Shown: piece after piece, positions 23,420-31,422 of the stretch | How the letters are laid out: each line of letters starts with the position of its first letter | Position numbering within the stretch: the first letter of the stretch is position 1 | Source: Gemmata obscuriglobus | Lineage (GTDB): Bacteria > Planctomycetota > Planctomycetia > Gemmatales > Gemmataceae | Direction: 5' to 3' | Assembly: GCF_008065095.1 (NCBI RefSeq) | Contig: NZ_CP042911.1 | Coordinates: forward strand, 480,001 to 512,000 | DNA: 32,000 nucleotides | Notes under the pieces: model-generated | Told to the model about the DNA's origin: nothing | What the model saw: only the letters and a program-made list of their open reading frames with translations | The model's database searches: none | Program-made: the position numbers and the translations under genes

Positions 23420-23454
23420 ACCCTGATCTTAGTACGTGCCACCTGGTAGTTCTC

Positions 23455-24543
23455 ATGAGCGTTATGCTTTGCAACTGGGCGTTTTGGAGAATTCCGGCGA
23501 TTGTCGCTTGGTTCTGTCTAGGCTTCGCTACCTGGCGGGTGTTCGCGCCCGACAGCGTCAATGTGCGATTCTTGTGGGTCGCACTCTACCCACTGTGCGT
23601 AGGCTGCGTGCACCTAATCAGTCAGAGGCTCGGCACCTTTCTGCTGTACTCAGCAAATCTGGTCTTCTTCCCAGTTCTGGCTACCGTCTGGTTGGTGCGT
23701 AAAATGCACTACCCAGCGATACTGCTTCATCGCGCGACACACTCCTACACCGCGCCAGTGTACCTAATGCTGGTAGCAATTTGCGTTATTGTGTTAACGA
23801 ATTTGGATAACTTAGATCTCATCCAGGGATTTTCCCTCCTGCTTGTGGCAATCAACTTTTTTCTTGTCGTTAGCGGGGTACGATGGGCGACAAATCCAGT
23901 AAAACCCGTTAACGCTCTTACTCAACTGTTCCATGAACTGTGCGTAACGGTCAGGCGAAAGGATCCGGCCAAACACACAGCCGACGAAGTCAAAAAAGAC
24001 CTGAACAACATTGTCTTGATATTTTCGTACCTCACCCCGATCCTAAGGCGGTTCGAGGCGCATGTCGTCTCCTCGATCTCATTCGGATTCATGCTTTACT
24101 TCTTGATGCTGTTCGGAGTTACAGTTGTGTCGTATGCGTCGATCTACTACGCACTCGCCGCAATTGGGGAAGAACAGTTAAAGGGACTTTCGCCGCACTT
24201 CTACGACTGTCTCCTCTACAGCGTGAGTGTCCTGACCACTTCACCGCTCGGCGGCATCGAGACAGTTTCACGGTTCGCTAAGACAATGTATTGCCTGGAG
24301 TTGCTGTCCACCGTGTCACTTGTCACGTTGTTTGTCTCAATTTTTTCGGTCGGGCTCAGCATGCAAGAGGGATCGATCAACGAAATCAAGGACCGACTCA
24401 CGGCTACCGGGGCACACATGATGAACGAACTTAACGCTTCGCAGGAGGCCGTTGCCTTGCTTACAGCCCCCCCCCCGCCGACAGGCCCCGACCTTCAGAA
24501 GCCCGAAAAGAAAGTGAAGTCTTCGAGTAAGCCCAAGCCTTAA
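23455..24543 (+). CDS. low-G+C orphan membrane protein with a C-terminal K-channel-like 2TM pore module and a degenerate selectivity filter
   Basis: The 362-aa protein has about 5 N-terminal hydrophobic helices and a charged linker. The linker is followed by TM, pore helix and filter-like FYDCLLYSVSVLTTSPLGGIE, then a final TM (compare channel consensus F.DA.Y.S..T.TTVGYGD). Single lines inside the gene count 35-50% G+C. Confidence 0.65.
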   Translation: MSVMLCNWAFWRIPAIVAWFCLGFATWRVFAPDSVNVRFLWVALYPLCVGCVHLISQRLGTFLLYSANLVFFPVLATVWLVRKMHYPAILLHRATHSYTAPVYLMLVAICVIVLTNLDNLDLIQGFSLLLVAINFFLVVSGVRWATNPVKPVNALTQLFHELCVTVRRKDPAKHTADEVKKDLNNIVLIFSYLTPILRRFEAHVVSSISFGFMLYFLMLFGVTVVSYASIYYALAAIGEEQLKGLSPHFYDCLLYSVSVLTTSPLGGIETVSRFAKTMYCLELLSTVSLVTLFVSIFSVGLSMQEGSINEIKDRLTATGAHMMNELNASQEAVALLTAPPPPTGPDLQKPEKKVKSSSKPKP

Positions 24544-24593
24544 CCCTGCCTGCTCGTACCAGACGTATACACCTCCCAGAACGCAGGGTTTTT
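24542..24593 (+). terminator. possible terminator of the channel-like gene
   Basis: AACCCTGC ... GCAGGGTT followed by TTTG. The loop is unusually long (33 nt), so this is a weak call. Confidence 0.3.
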
Positions 24594-24671
24594 GTCATCC
24601 TCCACACGGACGCGAGAGGGAATCACGATCCCCGACTCCGCTCGGACTCAAGCAAGTTACCCAAGACAGTT

Positions 24672-24775
24672 CGCCGTTACCGCTCGGTAAGGCCGGGGTT
24701 CAGAGGTAGCTCCCTGGCCTGAGCGCCAGGTAAAATATCGTCTCCGAACCCCGGCCTTACTGCGCGGTAACGGCG
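24672..24775. repeat. 104-nt composite palindrome (34-nt arms with 3 mismatches, with an inner hairpin in the spacer)
   Basis: Left arm CGCCGTTACCGCTCGGTAAGGCCGGGGTTCAGAG (24672-24705). The reverse complement of the right arm (24742-24775) is CGCCGTTACCGCGCAGTAAGGCCGGGGTTCGGAG. The spacer contains CCTGGC-CTGAGC-GCCAGG. Confidence 0.85.
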
Positions 24776-24791
24776 GGCTGTCAGGAACCCA

Positions 24792-25154
24792 CTACACGAG
24801 CCGTCCACCAGTCAACCGTATCACAAACCAATCGGGCGGCGCTTTTTCCCAAACCTCTTCCCCATACAGCATGTGTTTGCCCTGTGGAGTTGAATACAAG
24901 GTTGCTTCGACCATTGCGTGCTCTTCGTCCGGTCGTCCTCTGTTCCAAACGGCTCTGCCGGTGAAGCGGCTGCCCGAGTGTTGTTTGATCACGATCAGTG
25001 TCGTCCCGTCCCCATCGGGCCAGTCGATGACGATTTCGTCATCCCGAAATATCACCCTCGGAAGTGGCTCTCCGAAACCGGAGGGGCCGCGCCCCTTGTC
25101 CCACGTGCCTCGCGCATCGTAGTGGGTTACCGATTCCCACTCTTGTTCAGCCAC
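24792..25154 (-). CDS. small hypothetical protein (ORFan, about 120 aa)
   Basis: The start was set at GTG 25154, preceded by GAGGAG at a 6-nt spacing. Amino-acid composition is ordinary and G+C is reduced. No domain was recognised. The N-terminal part of track ORF 24792..25340 is Arg/Gly-rich shadow sequence. Confidence 0.5.
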   Translation of the reverse strand: MAEQEWESVTHYDARGTWDKGRGPSGFGEPLPRVIFRDDEIVIDWPDGDGTTLIVIKQHSGSRFTGRAVWNRGRPDEEHAMVEATLYSTPQGKHMLYGEEVWEKAPPDWFVIRLTGGRLV

Positions 25155-25195
25155 TGCGTTCTCCTCGTGTGCCCGAAAGGTCACGGAAAGAGTAC

Positions 25196-25500
25196 CTACT
25201 TCCCGATGGGGGCGAGCGCCTTGTCGGTGCGGATGAAGATCCGCCCGCCCGCGATCGCCGGGGTGCCCAGCGCCTCGCCCGGGAGGTCGTTGGTCGCCAG
25301 CCCCTCGAACCCGTCCGCCTTGGCGTCCGGCACCGCGCACGAGCCGGTCTCGTTCAGCACGTACACCTTCCCGTCGGCCGCCACCGGGGACGCCCCGCGC
25401 GCCGAGCTTGAACGCGCTCGCCCCGCCGGTGGGCAGGTACAGCGTGTCGCCGTCGGAGGTGCCGGTCGTCGTCGGTTGGAGTGATCGGCGGGAACTGAGG
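25196..25500 (-). pseudogene. frameshifted C-terminal fragment of a PQQ-like beta-propeller repeat protein
   Basis: The tail ...PVAADGKVYVLNETG......GTPAIAGGRIFIRTDKALAPIGK is a typical last blade. The preceding blade (SDGDTLYLPTGGASAFKLGARG) is in another frame, and the N-terminal bulk of the protein is absent. Confidence 0.5.
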
Positions 25501-25653
25501 GCCGTGTGGCATGGTCGGGGCTCCGGTTGCCGAACCGTAGCCCCCAGACCACACTGGCGCAGACCGGAAACGGATTGTCAACTCAGGACCGATGGCGTTT
25601 TGTCTTTCAAACGCCGTCGCTCCTGTTGATCCTGTCAGAAAGTGCTTTTCGTC

Positions 25654-26817
25654 TCACTTCGCGACGCTGAACTGGTACACCGTGGTCTGTTTGTAGGTGT
25701 CACCCGGCTTCAGCACCACGTCGGACTTGTCCTTCCATTCCGGCGTGTTGACCGAGTTGGGGAACTTCTGCGGCTCCATGCAGAACCCGTTGTACTGCTT
25801 GTACGCGACGCCCGCCTTGCCCTTGTTCGAGCCGTCGAGGAAGTTGCCGGTGTAGAACTGGAGCCCTGGCTCGGTGCTGAGCACCTCCAGCACGCGCCCG
25901 CTCTTCGGGTCCACCACCCGCGCCGCCAGTTCCGGCCGCTTCGTGGTCCCCTTGTCGAGCACGTAGTTCAGGTCGAAGCCCACCGGCTTCCCGCCGGCCT
26001 TTTCCAGGTCGGAACCGATCGTCTTGGCCTTCGTGAAGTCGAACGCGGTGCCCGCGACGGGCTCGATCTTACCCGTCGGGATGAGCGTGCCATCGGCCGG
26101 AGTGTAGTTCTTCGCGGCGATCTGCACCTCGTGCCCCTTGATGTCGCCCGCGTTGTGCCCGGCGAGGTTGAAGTAGCTGTGATGCGCCAGATTACAGATC
26201 GTCGTCTTGTTCGTAGTCGCGCGGTAATCGACTACGAGTTCGTTGTTGTCGGTCAGGGTGTAGGTGATCTCGACGGCCAGCGCCCCGGGGTAGCCCTCTT
26301 CGCCGTCCGGGCTGGTGCGCTTGAACGTCACGCTCGGGCCGGTGGCGGTGAGGGTCGCTTTGCCCTGCCACACCTTCTTGTCGAACCCCTCCTTGCCGCC
26401 GTGCAGGGTGTGCGGGTCGTTGTTCGCGAACAGCTTGTATTCCTTCCCCTCGAGCTGGAACTTCGCGTTGGCGATGCGGTTCGCGCACCGGCCGGCGTTG
26501 CTGCCGAAGTACGGGTGACCGCCGAGGTACCCTTCGAGCTTGTCGAACCCGAGCACCACGTCGGCGAACTTGCCGTCCTTGTCCGGGACGTGCAGCTCGG
26601 TGATGATCGCGCCGTAGTCGATGCACTTCAACACGAGGTTGTTTTTGTTGATGAGCGTGTACTGGGACACGCTGGTCGGCCCCTTCTTGCCGTCCTTGGG
26701 TGCCGGGAGGACGCCGTACTTGGTTTCCTCGAACGCGGGTCCGGTCTTGGCCGGCTGCGCGGTCGCGGCGGACGCGAGGCCGAGCGCGGCGAACAGGGCG
26801 GGGAGAGCGCGACGCAT
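25654..26817 (-). CDS. galM: aldose 1-epimerase (galactose mutarotase) with signal peptide
   Basis: Motifs GA.I.EL.VPD..G...DVVLGFD....Y....YFG...GR.ANRI....F...G..Y.L..N......LHGG..GF....W, EEGYPG, N..HH.YFNL and FC.EPQ..PNS are present. The start was set at ATG 26817 (MRRALPALFAALGLASA); the track ORF extends spuriously to 27354. Confidence 0.9.
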   Translation of the reverse strand: MRRALPALFAALGLASAATAQPAKTGPAFEETKYGVLPAPKDGKKGPTSVSQYTLINKNNLVLKCIDYGAIITELHVPDKDGKFADVVLGFDKLEGYLGGHPYFGSNAGRCANRIANAKFQLEGKEYKLFANNDPHTLHGGKEGFDKKVWQGKATLTATGPSVTFKRTSPDGEEGYPGALAVEITYTLTDNNELVVDYRATTNKTTICNLAHHSYFNLAGHNAGDIKGHEVQIAAKNYTPADGTLIPTGKIEPVAGTAFDFTKAKTIGSDLEKAGGKPVGFDLNYVLDKGTTKRPELAARVVDPKSGRVLEVLSTEPGLQFYTGNFLDGSNKGKAGVAYKQYNGFCMEPQKFPNSVNTPEWKDKSDVVLKPGDTYKQTTVYQFSVAK

Positions 26818-26949
26818 GACGTGTGGAACTCCTTGCGGAATCGGAACTGGCGACAATGTACCCCGGCCGGGCGTCGGGGGCCATTTTTTCGGCTGCCGTT
26901 TCGGACCGGACGGGCACTTACTGGGTGAGAGGCACACGGAGGCGGCGAA

Positions 26950-28686
26950 ATGGCCCGGTCGGACGGCGTGGTGCAATTCATCCGCGGGACCGCGTGTGCG
27001 GACACGCCGGACGCGGAACTGGTCGAGCGGTTCGTCGCGGGCCGCGACGAGCAGGCGTTCCGCGCGCTCGTCGCTCGGTACGGGCCGACGGTGTGGGCGG
27101 TGTGCCGCAAGGTGCTCCGCGACCACCACGCCGCCGAGGACGCGTTCCAAGCGACACTGGTCGTATTCGCGCGCCGGGCCGGCACGCTCCGCGCCGGCGC
27201 CGCAGTGGGCGGTTGGCTGCACGCGGTCGCGTACCGGGTAGCGGCCCGGCTCCGGGGCACACGCCGGGTCGAAGCCGGCGCGTCCGAACCGGTCGACGAG
27301 CGCCCCGGCGCTCTCGCCGACCTGACCGTGCGCGAGGCCGAGGCCGCGCTCCACGCGGAACTCGCGGCGCTGCCGGAGCGGTACCGCGCCCCGCTGGTTC
27401 TGTGCAGCCTCGAAGGGCTGTCACGTGACGAGGCGGCGGAGCGCCTGGGGTGGCCCGCGAACCGCGTCAAACACGGCCTCGAACGCGGCCGCGAGTTGCT
27501 CCGCTCGCGCCTCGCCCGGCGCGGGCTGGCGTTCGGCATACCGCTGCTGCTGAACCTGCTCGGTCAGAACGGTGGGGCGGTTCCGCCGGCGGAACTCGTT
27601 GGAGCGGCGATCGGTTACGCAACAGGCGCGGCACCACCCAGTGCGGTCGCGGCCCTCGTGAACGGAGTGACCCGAACGATGTGGATCGCCAAATGGAAAT
27701 TGCCCGTCGCGGCGTGTAGCGGGCTCGCCCTTGCGGTCGGCATACTCGCCGCCACCTTGCGCGACGGAAGTGCTCCGTCCGCAACCGTGAATCGCTCCCA
27801 AACGGTACCGGCGGATGCGCCCGAGAACACAGCACCGAAGCCCGAACCCGCGGCGACACAGGAAGAGCAGCCAAAACAGCCGTGGGATGTCGCGGCGCAT
27901 TTCCTCCAACTCAGCATTGATGGCAAGGTAGAAGAAGCACTGAAAGTCGGCGGTTATTCATCACTGACCGGCCTACAGCTTGCTGCTGCCGAAGAACGCG
28001 TACGTTCAGTTAAACGATCCGGATTAACACGAGCGCGGCTTGTGGCAATTCTGATGAACGACACGCGGGTGGCGGTTGTAACTGAGAGAACCAGGCTGAA
28101 TAACGCTGTGGGAGATGCGCCTGACGACGCACACGTGGCGGTTGTTATTCGACGCGAAAGAACGATCTTACCGTGGAAATCGATTGATTGGGGTTGCGAA
28201 AGCGAGAAAAATATTCTAAATTATGTCGATTCATTTATTCCTAAAAGACCCCCGGTGATATCGTGGGCAATAGGATTCGATGATGATCATACATTAAAAA
28301 TTGACACGCATTCGAGGGCACCGTGGGATGTGGCCAGTGAGTTCTTGGGGCTCGTGCTCGCCGGGAAGACCGCTGGCGCTTTGAAGCTCACCGTACCGAG
28401 GTCGATTTCTGAGAACAAGGTCGGAGACATCAAGGAACGCTGGGCGGGCCGCACGGCGGTGGTTGCGGTGCTGCTCAACGATAACCAGATCGACGTTGTG
28501 TACGAGAGGCGGGGTGTCAGGATTACGCGCACCGAGACAGTGTACGCGTGCCCCGTTGTCACGCTCGCGAAATTGGAGGACGGCGGCTGGCGGGTGAATG
28601 ACATCAACTGGCGCGACGGCGAGCAACTCGACGACCGAGTCAAACTGTACCTGAGCGGCCGGTACGATGCGCCCCCGAAGAAGTGA
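26950..28686 (+). CDS. ECF sigma factor fused to a TM segment and a duplicated extracytoplasmic domain
   Basis: Sigma2 (FRALVARYGPTVWAVCRKVLRDHHAAEDAFQATLVVFARRA) and sigma4 (LPERYRAPLVLCSLEGLSRDEAAERLGWPANRVKHGLERGRELL) regions are present. A TM helix follows (KLPVAACSGLALAVGILAATL), then two related modules of about 120 aa. Confidence 0.85.
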   Translation: MARSDGVVQFIRGTACADTPDAELVERFVAGRDEQAFRALVARYGPTVWAVCRKVLRDHHAAEDAFQATLVVFARRAGTLRAGAAVGGWLHAVAYRVAARLRGTRRVEAGASEPVDERPGALADLTVREAEAALHAELAALPERYRAPLVLCSLEGLSRDEAAERLGWPANRVKHGLERGRELLRSRLARRGLAFGIPLLLNLLGQNGGAVPPAELVGAAIGYATGAAPPSAVAALVNGVTRTMWIAKWKLPVAACSGLALAVGILAATLRDGSAPSATVNRSQTVPADAPENTAPKPEPAATQEEQPKQPWDVAAHFLQLSIDGKVEEALKVGGYSSLTGLQLAAAEERVRSVKRSGLTRARLVAILMNDTRVAVVTERTRLNNAVGDAPDDAHVAVVIRRERTILPWKSIDWGCESEKNILNYVDSFIPKRPPVISWAIGFDDDHTLKIDTHSRAPWDVASEFLGLVLAGKTAGALKLTVPRSISENKVGDIKERWAGRTAVVAVLLNDNQIDVVYERRGVRITRTETVYACPVVTLAKLEDGGWRVNDINWRDGEQLDDRVKLYLSGRYDAPPKK

Positions 28687-28713
28687 CGCCGACCGGCAGG
28701 CGCAGTGTATTCT

Positions 28714-28749
28714 GAAGGTGTCGGGCCGCTGCGGCGGGCCGACACCTTC
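28714..28749 (+). terminator. GC-rich hairpin after the ECF gene (no U tract)
   Basis: GAAGGTGTCGG-14 nt-CCGACACCTTC forms an 11-bp perfect stem starting 28 nt after the stop codon. Confidence 0.3.
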
Positions 28750-28769
28750 AACCGCTCCCGGAATCACTC

Positions 28770-30731
28770 ATGCCGTCCGATCTCCTCGACACGCCCGAAT
28801 CCGCCTACCAACTCGTTTCCACCGCCCCCGGGCCGAAAGGCGCGCTCCCGCTCACGGACGATCTGCTGCGCCACGCCCCGAGCGGCGACCTGTTCGGTTG
28901 GACCCAGAACGTCGGCATGGGCTGGAACCCGGCGCTGCTCGGCGGCAAAGAGTTCACCATCCTCAGCACCCACGGCGGGCTCCGCGCCGACGACGGCACC
29001 CCGATCGCGCTCGGGTTCCACTCGGGGCACTGGGAAGTCGGGCTCTTGGTGAAGGCCGCGGCGGAGGAGTTCGCGAAGCTGCGGTGCCTCCCCTTTGCCG
29101 GAGCGGTCACGGACCCGTGCGACGGGCGGACGCAGGGCACCACCGGGATGTTCGACAGCCTCCCGTACCGCAACGACTCCGCGCAGGTGATGCGGCGCCT
29201 GATGCGCAGCCACCCGACGCGGGCCGGCGTCATGGGCATCGCCACCTGCGACAAAGGTTTACCCGCGATGATGATGGCGCTGGCGGCGCAGCACCACCAC
29301 CCCACCATTCTCGTCCCCGGCGGGGTGATGCTGGCCGGGGAAGCCGGGCACGAAGACACGGGCAAGGTGCAGACCATCGGCGCGCGGTACGCTCACGGCG
29401 AGATCACGCTGGAGCAGGCCGCGGAGGCCGGGTGCCACGCCTGTGCCTCGCCGGGCGGCGGGTGCCAGTTCCTCGGCACCGCGGCCACGTCGCAAGTGGT
29501 CGCCGAAGCACTGGGCCTGACCCTGCCACACGCGGCCCTCGCACCCTCGGGGCAGCCGATCTGGCTGGACACGGCGCGGCGGTCGGCGCGGGCGCTCGTC
29601 GAGATGTCGAACCGCGGCATCCGCACCCCCGACATCCTGACGGAAGCGGCGTTCAAGAACGCGCTGGCGGTGTTCGCGGCGTTCGGCGGGAGCACGAACC
29701 TCCTCCTGCACACCCCGGCGGTCGCGTTCCACGCCGGGGTGCGGCGCCCCACCATTGACGACTGGACCTACTTCAACCGCAAGGTGCCGCGCCTCGTCGA
29801 CGCGCTCCCCAACGGCCCGATGAACCACCCGACGATGCGGGTGTTCCTCGCCGGGGGCGTTCCGGAAGTGATGCTCCACCTCCGCGCCCTCGGGCTCCTC
29901 GAACTGGACGCGCTGACCGTCAGTGGGGAACCGCTCGGCACCGTTCTCGACTGGTGGGCAACGTCCGAGCGCCGGACGCGCCTGCGCGAGCTGCTCCGGA
30001 CGCGCGACGGGGTCGATCCGGACACGGTCATCATGTCGCCCGAGCAGGCCCGGCAGCGCGGCCTGACGAGCACGATCACGTTCCCGCTCGGGAACCTCGC
30101 GCCGGACGGGTGCGTCATCAAGTCCACCGCCATCGACCCGTCGGTCGTGGATGCTGACGGCGTGTACCGCAAGGTCGGCCCGGCGAAGGTGTTCATCCGC
30201 GAGAAAGACGCGATCAAGGCCATCAAGGGCGAGGGCGACCGCAAGGTGGTGCCCGGCGACGTGCTGGTGCTGTGCTGCCGCGGGCCGCTGGGCAGCGGGA
30301 TGGAGGAGACGTATCAGGTCACGAGCGCGCTCAAATACCTGAAGTGGGGCAAGCAGGTCGCGGTCATCACCGACGCGCGGTTCAGCGGGGTCTCGACGGG
30401 CGCGTGCATCGGGCACGTCTCCCCGGAGGCGCTCGCGGGCGGCCCCATCGGCAAGCTGCGCGACGGCGACCTGATCCAGATCGTGATCGACCGCAACAAG
30501 CTTGAGGGAACGATCGATTTGGTCGGCAACGAGATCGGCAACTACGGGCCGCTGTGGGGCAGCGCGGAGCTGGCGGCGCGGTCCGCACGCCCGGACCTGG
30601 AGCCGGACCCGGCGCTGCCCGCAGACACGAGACTGTGGGCCGCACTCCAGCACGCGAGCGGCGGGGTGTGGGGCGGGTGCGTGTACGACCCGGGGCTGAT
30701 TGCCGTGAAGCTCGCTGGAGTAAAGGCGTGA
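28770..30731 (+). CDS. YjhG/YagF-family D-xylonate dehydratase (IlvD/Edd superfamily)
   Basis: There are long collinear matches to E. coli YjhG/YagF as recalled from memory. They include [119 protein letters not shown] and [18 protein letters not shown]. Confidence 0.9.
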   Translation: MPSDLLDTPESAYQLVSTAPGPKGALPLTDDLLRHAPSGDLFGWTQNVGMGWNPALLGGKEFTILSTHGGLRADDGTPIALGFHSGHWEVGLLVKAAAEEFAKLRCLPFAGAVTDPCDGRTQGTTGMFDSLPYRNDSAQVMRRLMRSHPTRAGVMGIATCDKGLPAMMMALAAQHHHPTILVPGGVMLAGEAGHEDTGKVQTIGARYAHGEITLEQAAEAGCHACASPGGGCQFLGTAATSQVVAEALGLTLPHAALAPSGQPIWLDTARRSARALVEMSNRGIRTPDILTEAAFKNALAVFAAFGGSTNLLLHTPAVAFHAGVRRPTIDDWTYFNRKVPRLVDALPNGPMNHPTMRVFLAGGVPEVMLHLRALGLLELDALTVSGEPLGTVLDWWATSERRTRLRELLRTRDGVDPDTVIMSPEQARQRGLTSTITFPLGNLAPDGCVIKSTAIDPSVVDADGVYRKVGPAKVFIREKDAIKAIKGEGDRKVVPGDVLVLCCRGPLGSGMEETYQVTSALKYLKWGKQVAVITDARFSGVSTGACIGHVSPEALAGGPIGKLRDGDLIQIVIDRNKLEGTIDLVGNEIGNYGPLWGSAELAARSARPDLEPDPALPADTRLWAALQHASGGVWGGCVYDPGLIAVKLAGVKA

Positions 30732-31393
30732 CCGAGGAGATGTGGCGGACGTGGGGGCACCGCACTCACATGCGCCGCCAGTTACGGAACTGGCGGTTCT
30801 CTCCGCTCCGCTGGATCCGCTTCAACCTGGCGTGTATCGAGCGGGTCCGAGAGCTGATCGACGATGTGCGGTGCCACCGTTTCCTCCACCGGCTCGAACG
30901 CCTGAGCGGCCGAACCGCCCTCGCGGCGCTGCGGCTCGAACCGTCCGTCGAAGAATTCGGCGTCACCGCAGCCATTGGCGAGTTGTGGCGCCGGCGTGAC
31001 GACCCACTCCGGGGAGCCAAAATCGCTGCGGCTCGGGCCGTCTTGACCGCCAAGCTCCACACACTCGCGACCTCCGAAATGGTTGCCCTCGCGGTCGGTC
31101 GCTGGCGCTACGGCGAGTACGAAGAACGGCGCTCGCATTGCGCATTCCTGCGCGACATTTACGGCAATCCGTTCCGGCCGGTCACCTTCTCCACCGAGTG
31201 GCGCACCGGCACCACAACTGCGATCGCGCGCCAGATGTACGAGTCGCGCGACTTCGGCGCGATGCCGATTCTCGCCGACGCCATTCAAGACGCCGGGTGC
31301 GACTCCGACGACATCCTGGCCCACTGTCGTGACCCGCAGCAGGTCCACGTGCGCGGGTGCTGGGTTGTTGATCTCGTGCTCGGCAAGGAGTGA
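30728..31393 (+). CDS. hypothetical protein of a planctomycete-expanded family (C-terminal ...[40 protein letters not shown] module)
   Basis: GTG 30728 overlaps the dehydratase stop (GTGA). Alternative starts are ATG 30740 and ATG 30770. The upstream part of track ORF 30554..31393 overlaps the dehydratase out of frame. Confidence 0.65.
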   Translation: MTEEMWRTWGHRTHMRRQLRNWRFSPLRWIRFNLACIERVRELIDDVRCHRFLHRLERLSGRTALAALRLEPSVEEFGVTAAIGELWRRRDDPLRGAKIAAARAVLTAKLHTLATSEMVALAVGRWRYGEYEERRSHCAFLRDIYGNPFRPVTFSTEWRTGTTTAIARQMYESRDFGAMPILADAIQDAGCDSDDILAHCRDPQQVHVRGCWVVDLVLGKE

Positions 31394-31422
31394 AGGTACA
31401 CTGACGGTGAGGAGGAATTCGC

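Noticed and set aside
25642-26928. 428-aa plus-strand ORF
   Set aside because: It is antisense to the galactose mutarotase gene and has no motifs.
26818-27354. Upstream extension of the mutarotase ORF (track 25654..27354)
   Set aside because: It is antisense to the start of the ECF gene. ATG 26817 yields a proper signal peptide.
29259-30653. 464-aa minus-strand ORF
   Set aside because: It is antisense to the xylonate dehydratase gene and has shadow-ORF composition.
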